A stretch of 64,000 bases of DNA from an uncultured delta proteobacterium (GTDB lineage: Bacteria > Desulfobacterota > Binatia > Binatales > Binataceae). The stretch is from NCBI GenBank assembly GCA_963711565.1, contig CAVQEQ010000001.1, positions 896,001 to 960,000 on the forward strand, in the 5' to 3' direction. The position numbers and the translations under genes were made by a program. Shown in pieces: positions 38,636 through 47,720 of this stretch (positions within the stretch are counted from its first letter, which is position 1; each line of letters opens with the position of its first letter). A model generated the notes under the pieces. That model saw nothing but the letters and a program-made list of their open reading frames with translations. It ran no database searches and was not told the DNA's origin.

Positions 38636-39234
38636 TTCACGGGCGGCGCCGGCACTTCCGCCATGCGCGCCGTAGTATCCGAGTCGTACTCGAGATGCAG
38701 CGCGCGCACGATCATGCCATGCATCCGCCAGAGCCCGATCACGTAAAACAACTCCATGATCTGCTCGTCGGCCAGATAACTCTTGAGCGCGGCGAAGGTC
38801 TCGTCTTCGACCAGGTTGCGCCCGATGATTTCATCCGTCGCCTGCATCACGGCGCGCTCAACGTCGCTGAACTTGTCGCTGACCGCCCAGCTCTTTATCG
38901 CCGCCAGCTTGTCCTCGGAAACGCCCACCATACGCGCGACCTTGAGATGCTGCGAGTACTCGAACCGCGAATCGCCGACGATTCCGGTGCGCAGAATCGC
39001 CAGCTCGCGCAGCTTCGGCGGCAGCTTCCGCCCCGGTTGCATCAACGCCATCAACGAATTGCGCGCGTTGAAGAGCAGGTCGGGCACCAGCGCAAACGTC
39101 GTCCAGTAATCGCCCGGCGTGCCGGTGGCAGTCCCCGGCTCGGCTACGGGATCGCGATCGCCAAAGAATTGCTGGTAAAGTTCGCGGATTTCCGGGGTAG
39201 CTTCGGCCTTACTGACCTGACGTAGTCGTCCCAT
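38632..39234 (-). CDS. Carboxymuconolactone decarboxylase / AhpD-like protein
   Basis: LRELAILR...FEYSQH motif. Confidence 0.82.
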   Translation of the reverse strand: MGRLRQVSKAEATPEIRELYQQFFGDRDPVAEPGTATGTPGDYWTTFALVPDLLFNARNSLMALMQPGRKLPPKLRELAILRTGIVGDSRFEYSQHLKVARMVGVSEDKLAAIKSWAVSDKFSDVERAVMQATDEIIGRNLVEDETFAALKSYLADEQIMELFYVIGLWRMHGMIVRALHLEYDSDTTARMAEVPAPPVK

Positions 39235-39297
39235 GATCGCTCCTTATGCAACCGATGCCCGTTTCGACGAAACCACTATCGCCGATGTTCCGCGCTC

Positions 39298-39326
39298 TTG
39301 CGAGGCTGCGCGCGCGGCGCGATAAT
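39298..39326 (+). promoter_or_regulatory. Sigma70-like tRNA promoter
   Basis: TTGCGA-N17-GATAAT, 13 nt upstream of the tRNA. Confidence 0.55.
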
Positions 39327-39339
39327 CCGATGCTCCGGT

Positions 39340-39417
39340 GGACGCATAGCTCAGCCCGGTTAGAGCGCTTGCCTCACATGCAAGAGGTCCCTGGTTCGAG
39401 TCCAGGTGCGTCCACCA
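39340..39417 (+). tRNA. tRNA-Val (anticodon CAC)
   Basis: Acceptor stem GGACGCA/TGCGTCC, anticodon arm CTTGC-CT-CAC-AT-GCAAG, GGTTCGAGTCC T-loop, encoded CCA. Confidence 0.96.
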
Positions 39418-39776
39418 TTTTTCTCTCAGTTATTCATGCTGTTCTCGCCCTCTCAGTTCAGAACGGTACGTTCTTCACGCTCCGACTGTGGGGGATAAAA
39501 GGGCGACCCCGAGAGAGGCAGACTCCCGTATCGAAACCGGAGGTCTTGAAGCTTGAGGGCAGTTGGAAAGACGCAATCAAGGATTGATTGACGAAGCGTT
39601 CTCCTGAGGGCTGGTCCGAATCCGACTAACGCCGTAATATTATCCACAGAGCGCAGGTGCCGCTGTATATAGATAGCTGACGCCTGATTTGATTTTATAT
39701 TACCAATTCCAATATTATCCGCCCAACTACAAACGGCAAAAACCTGCCGAACAAGGCTGCGGAGGCGGAGGGGTTA

Positions 39777-40424
39777 ATGGCTTTAGAACGTAGCAGGTTG
39801 CTGGAAATCCTTAAGCGAACGTCCTACTTGGAGAGCGATACTCCCGTTTACCGTCTAGCTTCGGGCATCGACAGCAAATACTACATCGACTGCAAGAAAG
39901 CGCTATCCGATCCAGAAGCGCGAGATTGTCTCGCGACACTGGTCCTCCAGCTGTTTGGCACCGCGCCGATCGAGGCCGTAGGCGGATTGGAGCTTGGGGC
40001 TTATCCGATCGCGACTTCAATTTCGGACAAGATTTATAGAGACATCCACAAGAATGTTCGAGTGTTCGTGGTTCGGAAGGATCGAAAAAAGCATGGCATC
40101 ACATCGCTGATCGCCGGAGATACGAGACCGGGTGATCGCGTGCTGATTGTCGATGATGTGATCACTTCGGGTAGCTCAGCAATTCAGGCGATAGACACGG
40201 TACGCGACGCGGGCCTGAAAGTGGACGACGTAGTCGCGATGGTGGATCGCGAAGAGTCAGACGGTCGCAAGAATATTGAAGCGAAGGGCGTGCGATTTCA
40301 CGCGATTTTCACTCTCAATGATCTCAAGAGCTTCGATGGACCCGGCGACAAAAACAAAGATCCAAAATCTGATCAACAGCGGACTCTACGAAGACAATCT
40401 TCGCGAGTTGCTGCAACTAGTTAA
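39777..40424 (+). CDS. Orotate phosphoribosyltransferase-like type I PRTase
   Basis: LASG..SKYYIDCK, GGLELGA, VRKDRKKHG, IVDDVITSGSS, VDRE. Confidence 0.88.
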   Translation: MALERSRLLEILKRTSYLESDTPVYRLASGIDSKYYIDCKKALSDPEARDCLATLVLQLFGTAPIEAVGGLELGAYPIATSISDKIYRDIHKNVRVFVVRKDRKKHGITSLIAGDTRPGDRVLIVDDVITSGSSAIQAIDTVRDAGLKVDDVVAMVDREESDGRKNIEAKGVRFHAIFTLNDLKSFDGPGDKNKDPKSDQQRTLRRQSSRVAATS

Positions 40425-40647
40425 ACAGAACTTCTTCGATAATCCCGCTCTATGCGGTTCGCTGATCTCGATATTGCTCTCCCTTATTGAGGAGTTCGGT
40501 CAGGGCCACGTTAGTACGGTCCTTCTGAATTACTTTCAGCAGAATTTGACCCAACCGATGCTGGATGCCCTCGCGGCAGAGTCGGGTCCGCCGCAGACAC
40601 TGCTCAACGCTCTCAACAACCTTCACTCCGCCTGGTACAAGCTCTGA
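40336..40647 (+). CDS. Hypothetical helical protein overlapping the PRTase
   Basis: MDPATKTKIQNLINSG...; 103 aa; 89-bp overlap with the PRTase tail. Confidence 0.6.
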   Translation: MDPATKTKIQNLINSGLYEDNLRELLQLVKQNFFDNPALCGSLISILLSLIEEFGQGHVSTVLLNYFQQNLTQPMLDALAAESGPPQTLLNALNNLHSAWYKL

Positions 40648-40901
40648 TTTGGCGAATGCTCCCGGATTTTTCGATTTTCCCGCAAAAATTTCTTGAGCGA
40701 GTTGATCGCGCCCGATCAGAGCCAATACCAACCTCCCCGTGGGGGCGGGTTCACTTTCGAGTCCAGGTGCGTCCACCAATTAATTCGATCAGTTGAGACG
40801 CTCGGTTTGGCGGCCGCCGCTGATTGAAGTACCTTGGAGTACGCGATCCTGTTAATTCGCAAGCGTCGAAGTAATTTGCATCACCGCCGCGAGGTCTGAA
40901 A

Positions 40902-41150
40902 ATGTTTGAAGACGAAACCATAGACATTGCGTGCCCGAAGTGTGGCTTCAAGAACTCGCTCCTGGTGCGGGAAATCGAACAGCACGCCGAAACTCATATC
41001 GTCTGCCAGGGCTGCAAGGTCGGCGTGAAAGTGGAGGCCTCGGAGTTTCAGCATCGACTCAATGAGATCAACGACGAGGTCGAAGCGATGCAGGTCGAAG
41101 CCCGGCACGGGAAGAGCCCCAAACCACGCAAAGGCGATTTTCAGATTTGA
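40902..41150 (+). CDS. Small Zn-ribbon protein
   Basis: CPKCG...CQGC; GAGG RBS. Confidence 0.7.
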   Translation: MFEDETIDIACPKCGFKNSLLVREIEQHAETHIVCQGCKVGVKVEASEFQHRLNEINDEVEAMQVEARHGKSPKPRKGDFQI

Positions 41151-41238
41151 GGTGCCCTGACCGTCTTCTCGCTCGAAAGCTAAGAATCGACGGCTGCGAT
41201 TCTCGCGCGATTTCAAAACTTGAAGGGAGATCTCTGCG

Positions 41239-41535
41239 ATGAAGAAGACCAGGGTAGCAGGAGCGATGCTCGCGACCGCGGTCGCATTGGCTTTCACCGC
41301 CGGCGTGGTACGTGCCGAAGACACGTCGAACGGGGCCACCCAGGCGGCGCAAATCAAGTGCCTCGGTGCGAACGCGTGCAAAGGGCAGAGCGCGTGCAAG
41401 ACCGCTACTTCCAGCAACGATTGCAGGGGCAAAAATTCGTGCAAGGGTAAAGGCTACATCATCACCGCCGACGCCAAATCGTGCGAAGGCAAGGGCGGTC
41501 ACATAGGCAAGAAAGCCCCGATGCCGGGGATGTAG
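41239..41535 (+). CDS. Secreted Cys-rich peptide, BufA2-like bufferin precursor
   Basis: Sec signal; CLGANACKGQSACK...NDCRGKNSCKGKG...CEGKGG. Confidence 0.78.
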   Translation: MKKTRVAGAMLATAVALAFTAGVVRAEDTSNGATQAAQIKCLGANACKGQSACKTATSSNDCRGKNSCKGKGYIITADAKSCEGKGGHIGKKAPMPGM

Positions 41536-41633
41536 CTGGTCACTGTTTATTCCTAATTTTCCGGGGTACCGGGGTTCGCCGTCATCATCCACGCGTTGCC
41601 TTCATAAGGTTCGCGCGATTGGAGGAATCGCTC

Positions 41634-41939
41634 ACGAAGTTTCTGCGCACAGGCATCTATCCAATCGCTGCGCTCCTTCTGCTCTTGTCGCTTGCCGCCC
41701 CCGCTGCTGCCGACATGGACGGTGTGATGATGCACGGCGGAAAAATGATGATGATGAAAGCGGGCCGGCCAGCGACTGCGATGGATCATGAAGTCACAAT
41801 GTCGGACGGCACCGTTGTCGAAGTCGATGGCACCGTCAAACGGAAAGACGGCAAGGAATTTCATCTGCAAAACGGTGAAATGATCATGATGGACGGGCAT
41901 CTAATGAAAGGCGGCAAAGCCACCCCGATGAGTCAGTAG
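41634..41939 (+). CDS. Secreted Met/His-rich protein (DUF6799-like); start uncertain (ACG 41634 or TTG 41619)
   Basis: Signal peptide ending APAAA; 14 Met and 4 His in the 75-aa mature part; repeated DG turns. Confidence 0.72.
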   Translation, partial: TKFLRTGIYPIAALLLLLSLAAPAAADMDGVMMHGGKMMMMKAGRPATAMDHEVTMSDGTVVEVDGTVKRKDGKEFHLQNGEMIMMDGHLMKGGKATPMSQ

Positions 41940-41975
41940 GAACTTTGTCGTTCGCCGAACGGTTGTAGATTCACG

Positions 41976-42728
41976 ATGGACGCGCGTCCGCCAAAAGATC
42001 GAAAATCCACGAGAGTCACCACGCCGCTTCGAGTCTCGCCGCCGTGGAGTGAGACTACCGACTCATCGCACGCGGAAAACCGCCGCAGGCAACGACGTGC
42101 CCAGCCGGCCGCGATTCGGCTGGCGCATTGGATCAACATTCCACTGCTCGTCATCATGGCAGGCAGCGGCCTGCAGATTCTCGCCGCGTATCCGGCGCTC
42201 GGTCCGCGCGGCGCGCAATATTGGTGGTATCCGTTTCAGAACGACGCGCCACCGTCATGGCTTCGCTTCGGCGGATGGCTCGCGGGCGCGCGTCACTGGC
42301 ATTTCGCGATCGCCTGGTTCCTCATCCTCAACGGCGTGATCTATCTCATCTATATGATCGCGAGCGGTGAATGGCGCCGCCGTGTTTTCATTCCGACGCG
42401 CGACACTTCGAACGCGGTCGCGATGTTCGCCTACTACTTGCGCGTCCGCAAAACTCCGCCGCCCGAGGACTTCTACAACGGCCTGCAACGGATGGCGTAC
42501 ACGTCCGCGATTATGTTCGCCGTCGTGGTGGTTATGTCGGGCCTCGCGATCTACAAACCGGTCCAGTTGTATTGGATCACCGCGGCATTCGGCGGATACG
42601 ACGTCGCGCGCGTGGTGCATCTGAGCTGCCTGGTTTTGCTCGCGATGTTTACGGCGATGCACCTGGTGCTCGTCGCGCTGCATCCGAGGACGATCGTCAC
42701 GATGGTGACCGGGGGGCAGCGTGGCTAG
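41976..42728 (+). CDS. Cytochrome b/b6-domain membrane subunit
   Basis: RLAHWIN, SGLQI, RHWHF, YNGLQR, RVVH...H heme ligands. Confidence 0.87.
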   Translation: MDARPPKDRKSTRVTTPLRVSPPWSETTDSSHAENRRRQRRAQPAAIRLAHWINIPLLVIMAGSGLQILAAYPALGPRGAQYWWYPFQNDAPPSWLRFGGWLAGARHWHFAIAWFLILNGVIYLIYMIASGEWRRRVFIPTRDTSNAVAMFAYYLRVRKTPPPEDFYNGLQRMAYTSAIMFAVVVVMSGLAIYKPVQLYWITAAFGGYDVARVVHLSCLVLLAMFTAMHLVLVALHPRTIVTMVTGGQRG

Positions 42729-43413
42729 GTTAATCACGCGGCGAAAACTGCTGCTCGGTCTCGCCGCGAGCACTGCGCTAGCTGGATGCGACAGCCGCGC
42801 CGCGTCGATGTTCCTGTCCGGGATGGGACGCTGGAACGAGCGCGTCGATCGGTTGTTGTTCTCGGAGAATCGGCTCGCGCCCGAACCGCCAGCGTCCGAG
42901 CTCACGCCCGAGGCTGCGTTCCCGAGCTACTTCATTTCCGACTCGATGCCGTTCGCGCCGGATAATTGGGCGCTCAAGGTTGGCGGCGTAGTCGCGCGGC
43001 CCGCGGTCTTCACGCTCGAGCAGCTCAAGCGGATGCCGCAAACGGGAATGCGCATTCGCCATCACTGCGTCGAGGGTTGGTCTGCGGTGGCCGAATGGAA
43101 TGGCGTGCAACTCCGCGAGATTGCGCGGATGGTCGGTGCGAGCCGCGACGCGCAGTACGTCGAGTTCAAATCATTCGACAACGGCTACTATTCGACGTGG
43201 GACATCGAGAGCTCGATGCATCCGCAGACGATTCTCGCCTACGGCATGAACGGCCGCCCGCTATATCCCGATCACGGCGCGCCGCTCCGCCTCTACTCGC
43301 CGGTGAAACTCGGCTACAAAATGGTAAAGTACCTGACCGAAGTGAATTTCCTCCCGACGCGCACCGGCGGCTACTGGGAAGATCAGGGCTACGACTGGTA
43401 CGGCGGCGTCTAG
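42721..43413 (+). CDS. Molybdopterin oxidoreductase (sulfite oxidase family, MsrP/YedY-like), Tat lipoprotein
   Basis: TRRKLL, LAGC lipobox, HCVEGW, HGAPLRL..P.KLGYKMVK, GYWEDQGY. Confidence 0.9.
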   Translation: MARLITRRKLLLGLAASTALAGCDSRAASMFLSGMGRWNERVDRLLFSENRLAPEPPASELTPEAAFPSYFISDSMPFAPDNWALKVGGVVARPAVFTLEQLKRMPQTGMRIRHHCVEGWSAVAEWNGVQLREIARMVGASRDAQYVEFKSFDNGYYSTWDIESSMHPQTILAYGMNGRPLYPDHGAPLRLYSPVKLGYKMVKYLTEVNFLPTRTGGYWEDQGYDWYGGV

Positions 43414-43463
43414 TCGAAAGCGATCGAGTTGTTCGTCGGGTTGAAACATCTGGAGAGAATGCG

Positions 43464-44231
43464 ATGCTCCGATACCGTAGCTTTGAAGAAATAGTCGATC
43501 ATCCGGGTTTGCGCATCGTGTTAGTCAAAGGCGTGCCCAGCCCCTGGGGCCAGGCCGCCAAGGCTATCTTTGAAATCAAGGGTCTCGATTACGTCGCCGC
43601 TCCATGGCTTGGGGGCGAACCCAACGAAAACATCGTGGCTTGGAGTGGTGCGACGAGCGCGCCCATCGTCGCTTGGGCCAAGGAGCGACCCGTCAATCGC
43701 TGGATCGACATCCTCTATCTGGCCGAACGACTCGCGCCCAAGCCTGCGCTGATTCCGACGGACGCTATGCAGCGAGCGCTGATGATCGGTCTGTCGCACG
43801 AAATTTGTGGCGAAATGGGTATCGGCTGGAACCGGCGTTTACAGCTCTTTGCGCCGGCTTTCGCGTCCGGCACTCCGTCAGCTGGAGTTAGCCGGATGGG
43901 CAGCAAATATGGATACAACGAAGTCGACCTCAAAGCTGCCGGAGAACGCACGGCCGCCTCGCTCAACGCGCTCGCAAACCAGCTCAAATCGCAGTACGCG
44001 CGGGGGGTGAAGTATTTTGTCGGAGACGCCTTGAGCGCGCTCGACGTTTACTGGACGGCCTTCGCCAATCTGCTCGACCCCTTGCCCCAGGAGCAGAACC
44101 CGATGTCTGAGGGCCTGCGGCGCGGCTTCACGGCGACTGACCCGGCCATCAAGGCGGTCCTGGACCCGCTGCTACTGGAACATCGCTCCCGTATCTTTCG
44201 CGAGCACTTCCGCGATCCGATGGAGCTGTAA
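43464..44231 (+). CDS. GST-fold-like hypothetical protein
   Basis: PSPW active-site-like motif, LAER..P..LIP, YFVGDALSALDVY. Confidence 0.72.
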   Translation: MLRYRSFEEIVDHPGLRIVLVKGVPSPWGQAAKAIFEIKGLDYVAAPWLGGEPNENIVAWSGATSAPIVAWAKERPVNRWIDILYLAERLAPKPALIPTDAMQRALMIGLSHEICGEMGIGWNRRLQLFAPAFASGTPSAGVSRMGSKYGYNEVDLKAAGERTAASLNALANQLKSQYARGVKYFVGDALSALDVYWTAFANLLDPLPQEQNPMSEGLRRGFTATDPAIKAVLDPLLLEHRSRIFREHFRDPMEL

Positions 44232-44244
44232 GCGCAGGCAGCGT

Positions 44245-45471
44245 TTAGTCGATCGCGAGGCTTGCGAACGACACCGCCGACTCGCTCTGCGGTTCCATCG
44301 CGATTCCATATTTGAGCAACCGCGCGCTGCGGCCACGGAGCAACTCGAGTTGCGTGTACATCGGCGACAGACCGCAAATTCGGCGCGCGTCGCGATCCTT
44401 AAGGATGTCGGCGAAGAAACCGTCCGGGTCGCCGCGCCTGATGCTTTCTATCAGGCGAAGATCCTCGCGCTGGACGCGCTCGGCCACGGCGCGATCGGCG
44501 GCGAACTCGTCGCCGAATTTCTTACCGACGTGCGCGAAATCCACGCCCGAAAGAATCAACACGCGACGATTCTCCGCGTCCAGCTCGGCTTTCAGCGCCG
44601 CGATGAACGATCCGACGCGCGAATCGCGCGCGGGCGTGACTCCGCTCGCCACCATTTCATGGAACGAACTGACGAGGATCGGCACGACCTGGTAGCCGCG
44701 CACTCCGAATGCGTACGCGAGGAACAGTGCCTGGAATTCGATCGAGTGCTCATTGCGATGCAGCATCTCGTCGGCGAACAGATCCCCTGCGTAACGCGCC
44801 GCGAGCCGATCGATAAACGCACCGTCGGTCTCGACCGCGCCGAACGGCGTCGCGTAGTTCTTGCGCGTCGCACTGAACAGCTCAGGCCCGGCGCCGTAGT
44901 GCGAGGTTCCCAGGATCACGACCAGCTCGGGCGGTTCGTGCGCCATCAGCTCGTGATACGCGTGCGCGTACGCGGAGGCGCCTCGTCGCGGATCTATATG
45001 AGGCGCGATCAAGCCTGCGAGCGACGCTGACTTCTTTTTCGAGACGGCGCGGCCAGGTCCTTCGGGCGGATCGAAGAACGCCGCAAGCTCGAGCCGCAAC
45101 TTCGCCGGATCCTTCTCATAGCAGAGTCCGGCCAGCGCCGCCGGACGATCAGGACTCGCGAGAAATTCTTCGCGCACGCGCCGCTCACGCTCATGAAATG
45201 CAGGCGAATCGAGAAAGTACGCGCGATCCAGCGCCGCGATCAGCTCGTCGAGCTTTTCGAGCGGAATCATCTCGCCGAAGCGCTTCGCAAACGCTGCCTG
45301 GATGTCCTTCAGCGCCATCAGGCCGTCGAACAACGTCACGATGAAGTACGCGCCCATCCCGAGCATGATCGGCTCGGGCGCAAGCCCGCTCGGATCGCGC
45401 AAACAGATCAGCGTCTGATCCTGCTGCTCGACGGGGAAAGCCTCGACGGCGCGAATCTTTGGATTTTCCAT
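44245..45471 (-). CDS. amrB: AmmeMemoRadiSam system protein B (MEMO1 family)
   Basis: APH, GTSH, EHSIEFQ, DFAHVG, ICG motifs. Confidence 0.88.
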   Translation of the reverse strand: MENPKIRAVEAFPVEQQDQTLICLRDPSGLAPEPIMLGMGAYFIVTLFDGLMALKDIQAAFAKRFGEMIPLEKLDELIAALDRAYFLDSPAFHERERRVREEFLASPDRPAALAGLCYEKDPAKLRLELAAFFDPPEGPGRAVSKKKSASLAGLIAPHIDPRRGASAYAHAYHELMAHEPPELVVILGTSHYGAGPELFSATRKNYATPFGAVETDGAFIDRLAARYAGDLFADEMLHRNEHSIEFQALFLAYAFGVRGYQVVPILVSSFHEMVASGVTPARDSRVGSFIAALKAELDAENRRVLILSGVDFAHVGKKFGDEFAADRAVAERVQREDLRLIESIRRGDPDGFFADILKDRDARRICGLSPMYTQLELLRGRSARLLKYGIAMEPQSESAVSFASLAID

Positions 45472-45590
45472 CGCGAATTATGAATCTTGGAGTTAGTTCG
45501 TGGGCCGCGTTTACAGATGCTACGAGCTTTGACAAACTGCGGCAAGCTGATAGAAATTCTCCGCGCAAAAATCCAAAATCGCCTCGAATC

Positions 45591-46025
45591 ATGTCCGACG
45601 ACCAACATCGACGCCGCGCCGCTCTGACTGGCTCTCATGCGCGACGCAAGCACGCGCGTGCGCGTGCCCGCTACAAAGTTGCGCGTACTGATTCGCTCGC
45701 GCCCGGTGAATCGCTGAAGTTCATGCTGCCGATTCGCGGCACCGACGAGGAATGTTTTCTGATCAATTTCGGCGGTGAGTTTCACGCCTACGTCAATCGA
45801 TGCCGCCATGTGCCGATGGCGATGGACTGGGTCGACAACCAGTTTTTCGCGGAGGACGGCCGCTACCTGATGTGCCAGACGCACAACGCCTACTACGAGC
45901 CGGCGAGCGGCGAATGTATCGCCGGGCCGCCGACCGCATGCGGCAAATATCTTTATCGAGTGATGACCGAAATTGACGAAGGAGTCATCTACGCGCGTCC
46001 GCCGCAGGAAGAATTCGAAGACTGA
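45591..46025 (+). CDS. Rieske [2Fe-2S] ferredoxin-like protein
   Basis: NRCRH...CQTH; GECIAGP. Confidence 0.87.
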   Translation: MSDDQHRRRAALTGSHARRKHARARARYKVARTDSLAPGESLKFMLPIRGTDEECFLINFGGEFHAYVNRCRHVPMAMDWVDNQFFAEDGRYLMCQTHNAYYEPASGECIAGPPTACGKYLYRVMTEIDEGVIYARPPQEEFED

Positions 46026-46044
46026 GAGAGAGGACGACTACGGC

Positions 46045-46296
46045 TTATTCGTACTCGTCGCCGAAGTGGGCGCGCACGATTCGCGCCTTCAGGTACTCGA
46101 GCGTGCCGAGATCCTCGACGATGTCGCCGCCGGTGTCGTAGAAGAACAGCTCGCCGTTCTTCGTGCGCCCGACCGCGATGATCCATTCAAGATCGTCCCG
46201 GTCCTCAAGCAAATAGTTGATTGTCTGCGCCACCCCGCGGCCCGGGATAATCGTAATCTTCGGCCTTGGGAGTTTTTCCTTTTCCTGCTTGGGCAT
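46045..46296 (-). CDS. Small hypothetical protein
   Basis: MPKQEKEKLPRPKITIIPGRG...; native codon usage. Confidence 0.62.
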   Translation of the reverse strand: MPKQEKEKLPRPKITIIPGRGVAQTINYLLEDRDDLEWIIAVGRTKNGELFFYDTGGDIVEDLGTLEYLKARIVRAHFGDEYE

Positions 46297-46370
46297 CTCT
46301 TTGATCAACCCTCTGACGGCGGGAGGATGCGCGAATCGACCACTCAATTACTCTAAGAATGCCCCGCGAT

Positions 46371-47621
46371 CTAAGTCAATAGCGCGTGCACCGCGATCTC
46401 AACATGATGCGTGTTGGGGAAGAAATCGAACCCGCGAACCCGATTGACTTTGTATCCAGCGCCTGAAAGCACCCGCATATCGCGCGCCAGCGTCGTCACG
46501 TCGCATGACACGTAGATGACGGCGGGTGCCCGCAACTTGACGATCGGCTCCATCAGATCGGGCGCGCCGGTGCGCGGCGGATCGAGAATGATGATCTCAG
46601 GACGATAGCGCGCGCGATGCAGAAAGTCCGCCGTCGCCGACGCTTTCATCGCGACGAATTGCGCATCGCGAAAGTTCAAGCGCGCCGCATTGTGCGATGC
46701 CGCCGCGATTGCGCCCGCGTCCGCATCGACGCCCGTCACTCGCGCACCTCGCCGTGACGCGGGGAGGCTGAAGTTTCCCGCGCCGCAGAACAAATCGAGC
46801 ACCGGCGACGACTCGTGAATCGCCGCCATCTCCATCACGCTCGCGACCAGCTTCCGGTTCTGCGCACGATTCACCTGGCTGAAAAGATCGGCGTCAACAT
46901 CGATCGAGAGTCCAGGTTCGAGCTCGATCGTGATCGACGGCTCGCCGACGGTCGCGCGATGCGTCCCCGATCGCAACACGATTCCCGCAATCTCGTTGTC
47001 CGACTCGAGCACATTGCGCGCGCCCCGGAGATCCTCATCTGTCGCCGGCTTCTTCAGATGCGCGACCTGCACTTCGCGAGCGCTGTCGCGCACCACCTCG
47101 ATCTCCTCGACGCGCTTGCCGAGCGATCGCGCCAGGTGTATCGGCATTCGGATACCCGCCTCGGCAACCATGCATGAATCGATCTCGACGATCGAGTTGC
47201 TGCCGGCCTCGTAAAATCCAAGCACGCCCTTGGCGCCGACCCTGAGCCGGATTCTCGACCGATAGCCGAACTCCTCAGGCGCCGGCTCGACCAATCCGAC
47301 TGGATCGATCTCGATTCCCAACGCGTGACCCAGCTCGCGCGCGACAACCTCGCCCTTGAACCGCACCTGCGCGCCGTAGTCGATATGCTGCCAGTCGCAT
47401 CCACCGCATCGCGGGAGGTATGGACACGGTGCTGCACGACGGTCGGTGCTCCGGCTGATGACATCGCGAATCTTCGCGACCGCGTAATCGCGCCGCTCCG
47501 AAACTATCTCGACGTCGAGCCTGTCGCCCGCCACCGCGCCTGCAACCATCACCGCCTTGCCGTCCTGACGGCCGACGCCGAACGGCCCGAACGTCATCGC
47601 GCTGATTTCAATCTCCGGCAT
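46371..47621 (-). CDS. 23S rRNA m5U methyltransferase, RlmD/TrmA family
   Basis: TRAM domain, C..CGGC, FSQVN, LDLFCGAG, LDPPRTG, YVSC, FFPNTHHVE. Confidence 0.92.
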   Translation of the reverse strand: MPEIEISAMTFGPFGVGRQDGKAVMVAGAVAGDRLDVEIVSERRDYAVAKIRDVISRSTDRRAAPCPYLPRCGGCDWQHIDYGAQVRFKGEVVARELGHALGIEIDPVGLVEPAPEEFGYRSRIRLRVGAKGVLGFYEAGSNSIVEIDSCMVAEAGIRMPIHLARSLGKRVEEIEVVRDSAREVQVAHLKKPATDEDLRGARNVLESDNEIAGIVLRSGTHRATVGEPSITIELEPGLSIDVDADLFSQVNRAQNRKLVASVMEMAAIHESSPVLDLFCGAGNFSLPASRRGARVTGVDADAGAIAAASHNAARLNFRDAQFVAMKASATADFLHRARYRPEIIILDPPRTGAPDLMEPIVKLRAPAVIYVSCDVTTLARDMRVLSGAGYKVNRVRGFDFFPNTHHVEIAVHALLT

Positions 47622-47720
47622 CGCGCCCAAACTTTATCCCCACTACGCAATTTGCGCGACGCGCCTTATAATGGTGCCCGCGCTCTCGCGCTTCTGCTTC
47701 TGCACTCACCGGGTGACGCC

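Larger units (their letters stand above)
39395..40778. mobile_element. Integrase-less mini genomic island at tRNA-Val, bounded by 23-bp att-like direct repeats
   Basis: TTCGAGTCCAGGTGCGTCCACCA at 39395-39417 and 40756-40778; lower GC inside. Confidence 0.85.

Noticed and set aside
39246-39587. 113-aa ORF
   Set aside because: Spans the tRNA gene; only its 3' part may be a relic peptide
39663-39678. CTGTATATAGATAG as a LexA SOS box
   Set aside because: Right half is not ACAG at the correct spacing, and the LexA motif of this lineage is unknown
40779-40880. Possible integrase arm-site remnants after attR (GAAGTACC/GGAGTACG)
   Set aside because: Repeats too short to distinguish from chance
42966-43463. 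N-terminal extension of the GST-like ORF
   Set aside because: Overlaps the molybdo-oxidoreductase; RBS and ATG at 43464
47325-47720. N-terminal extension of GDH in the ORF track
   Set aside because: Overlaps the divergent rRNA methyltransferase; the real start is likely TTG 47721
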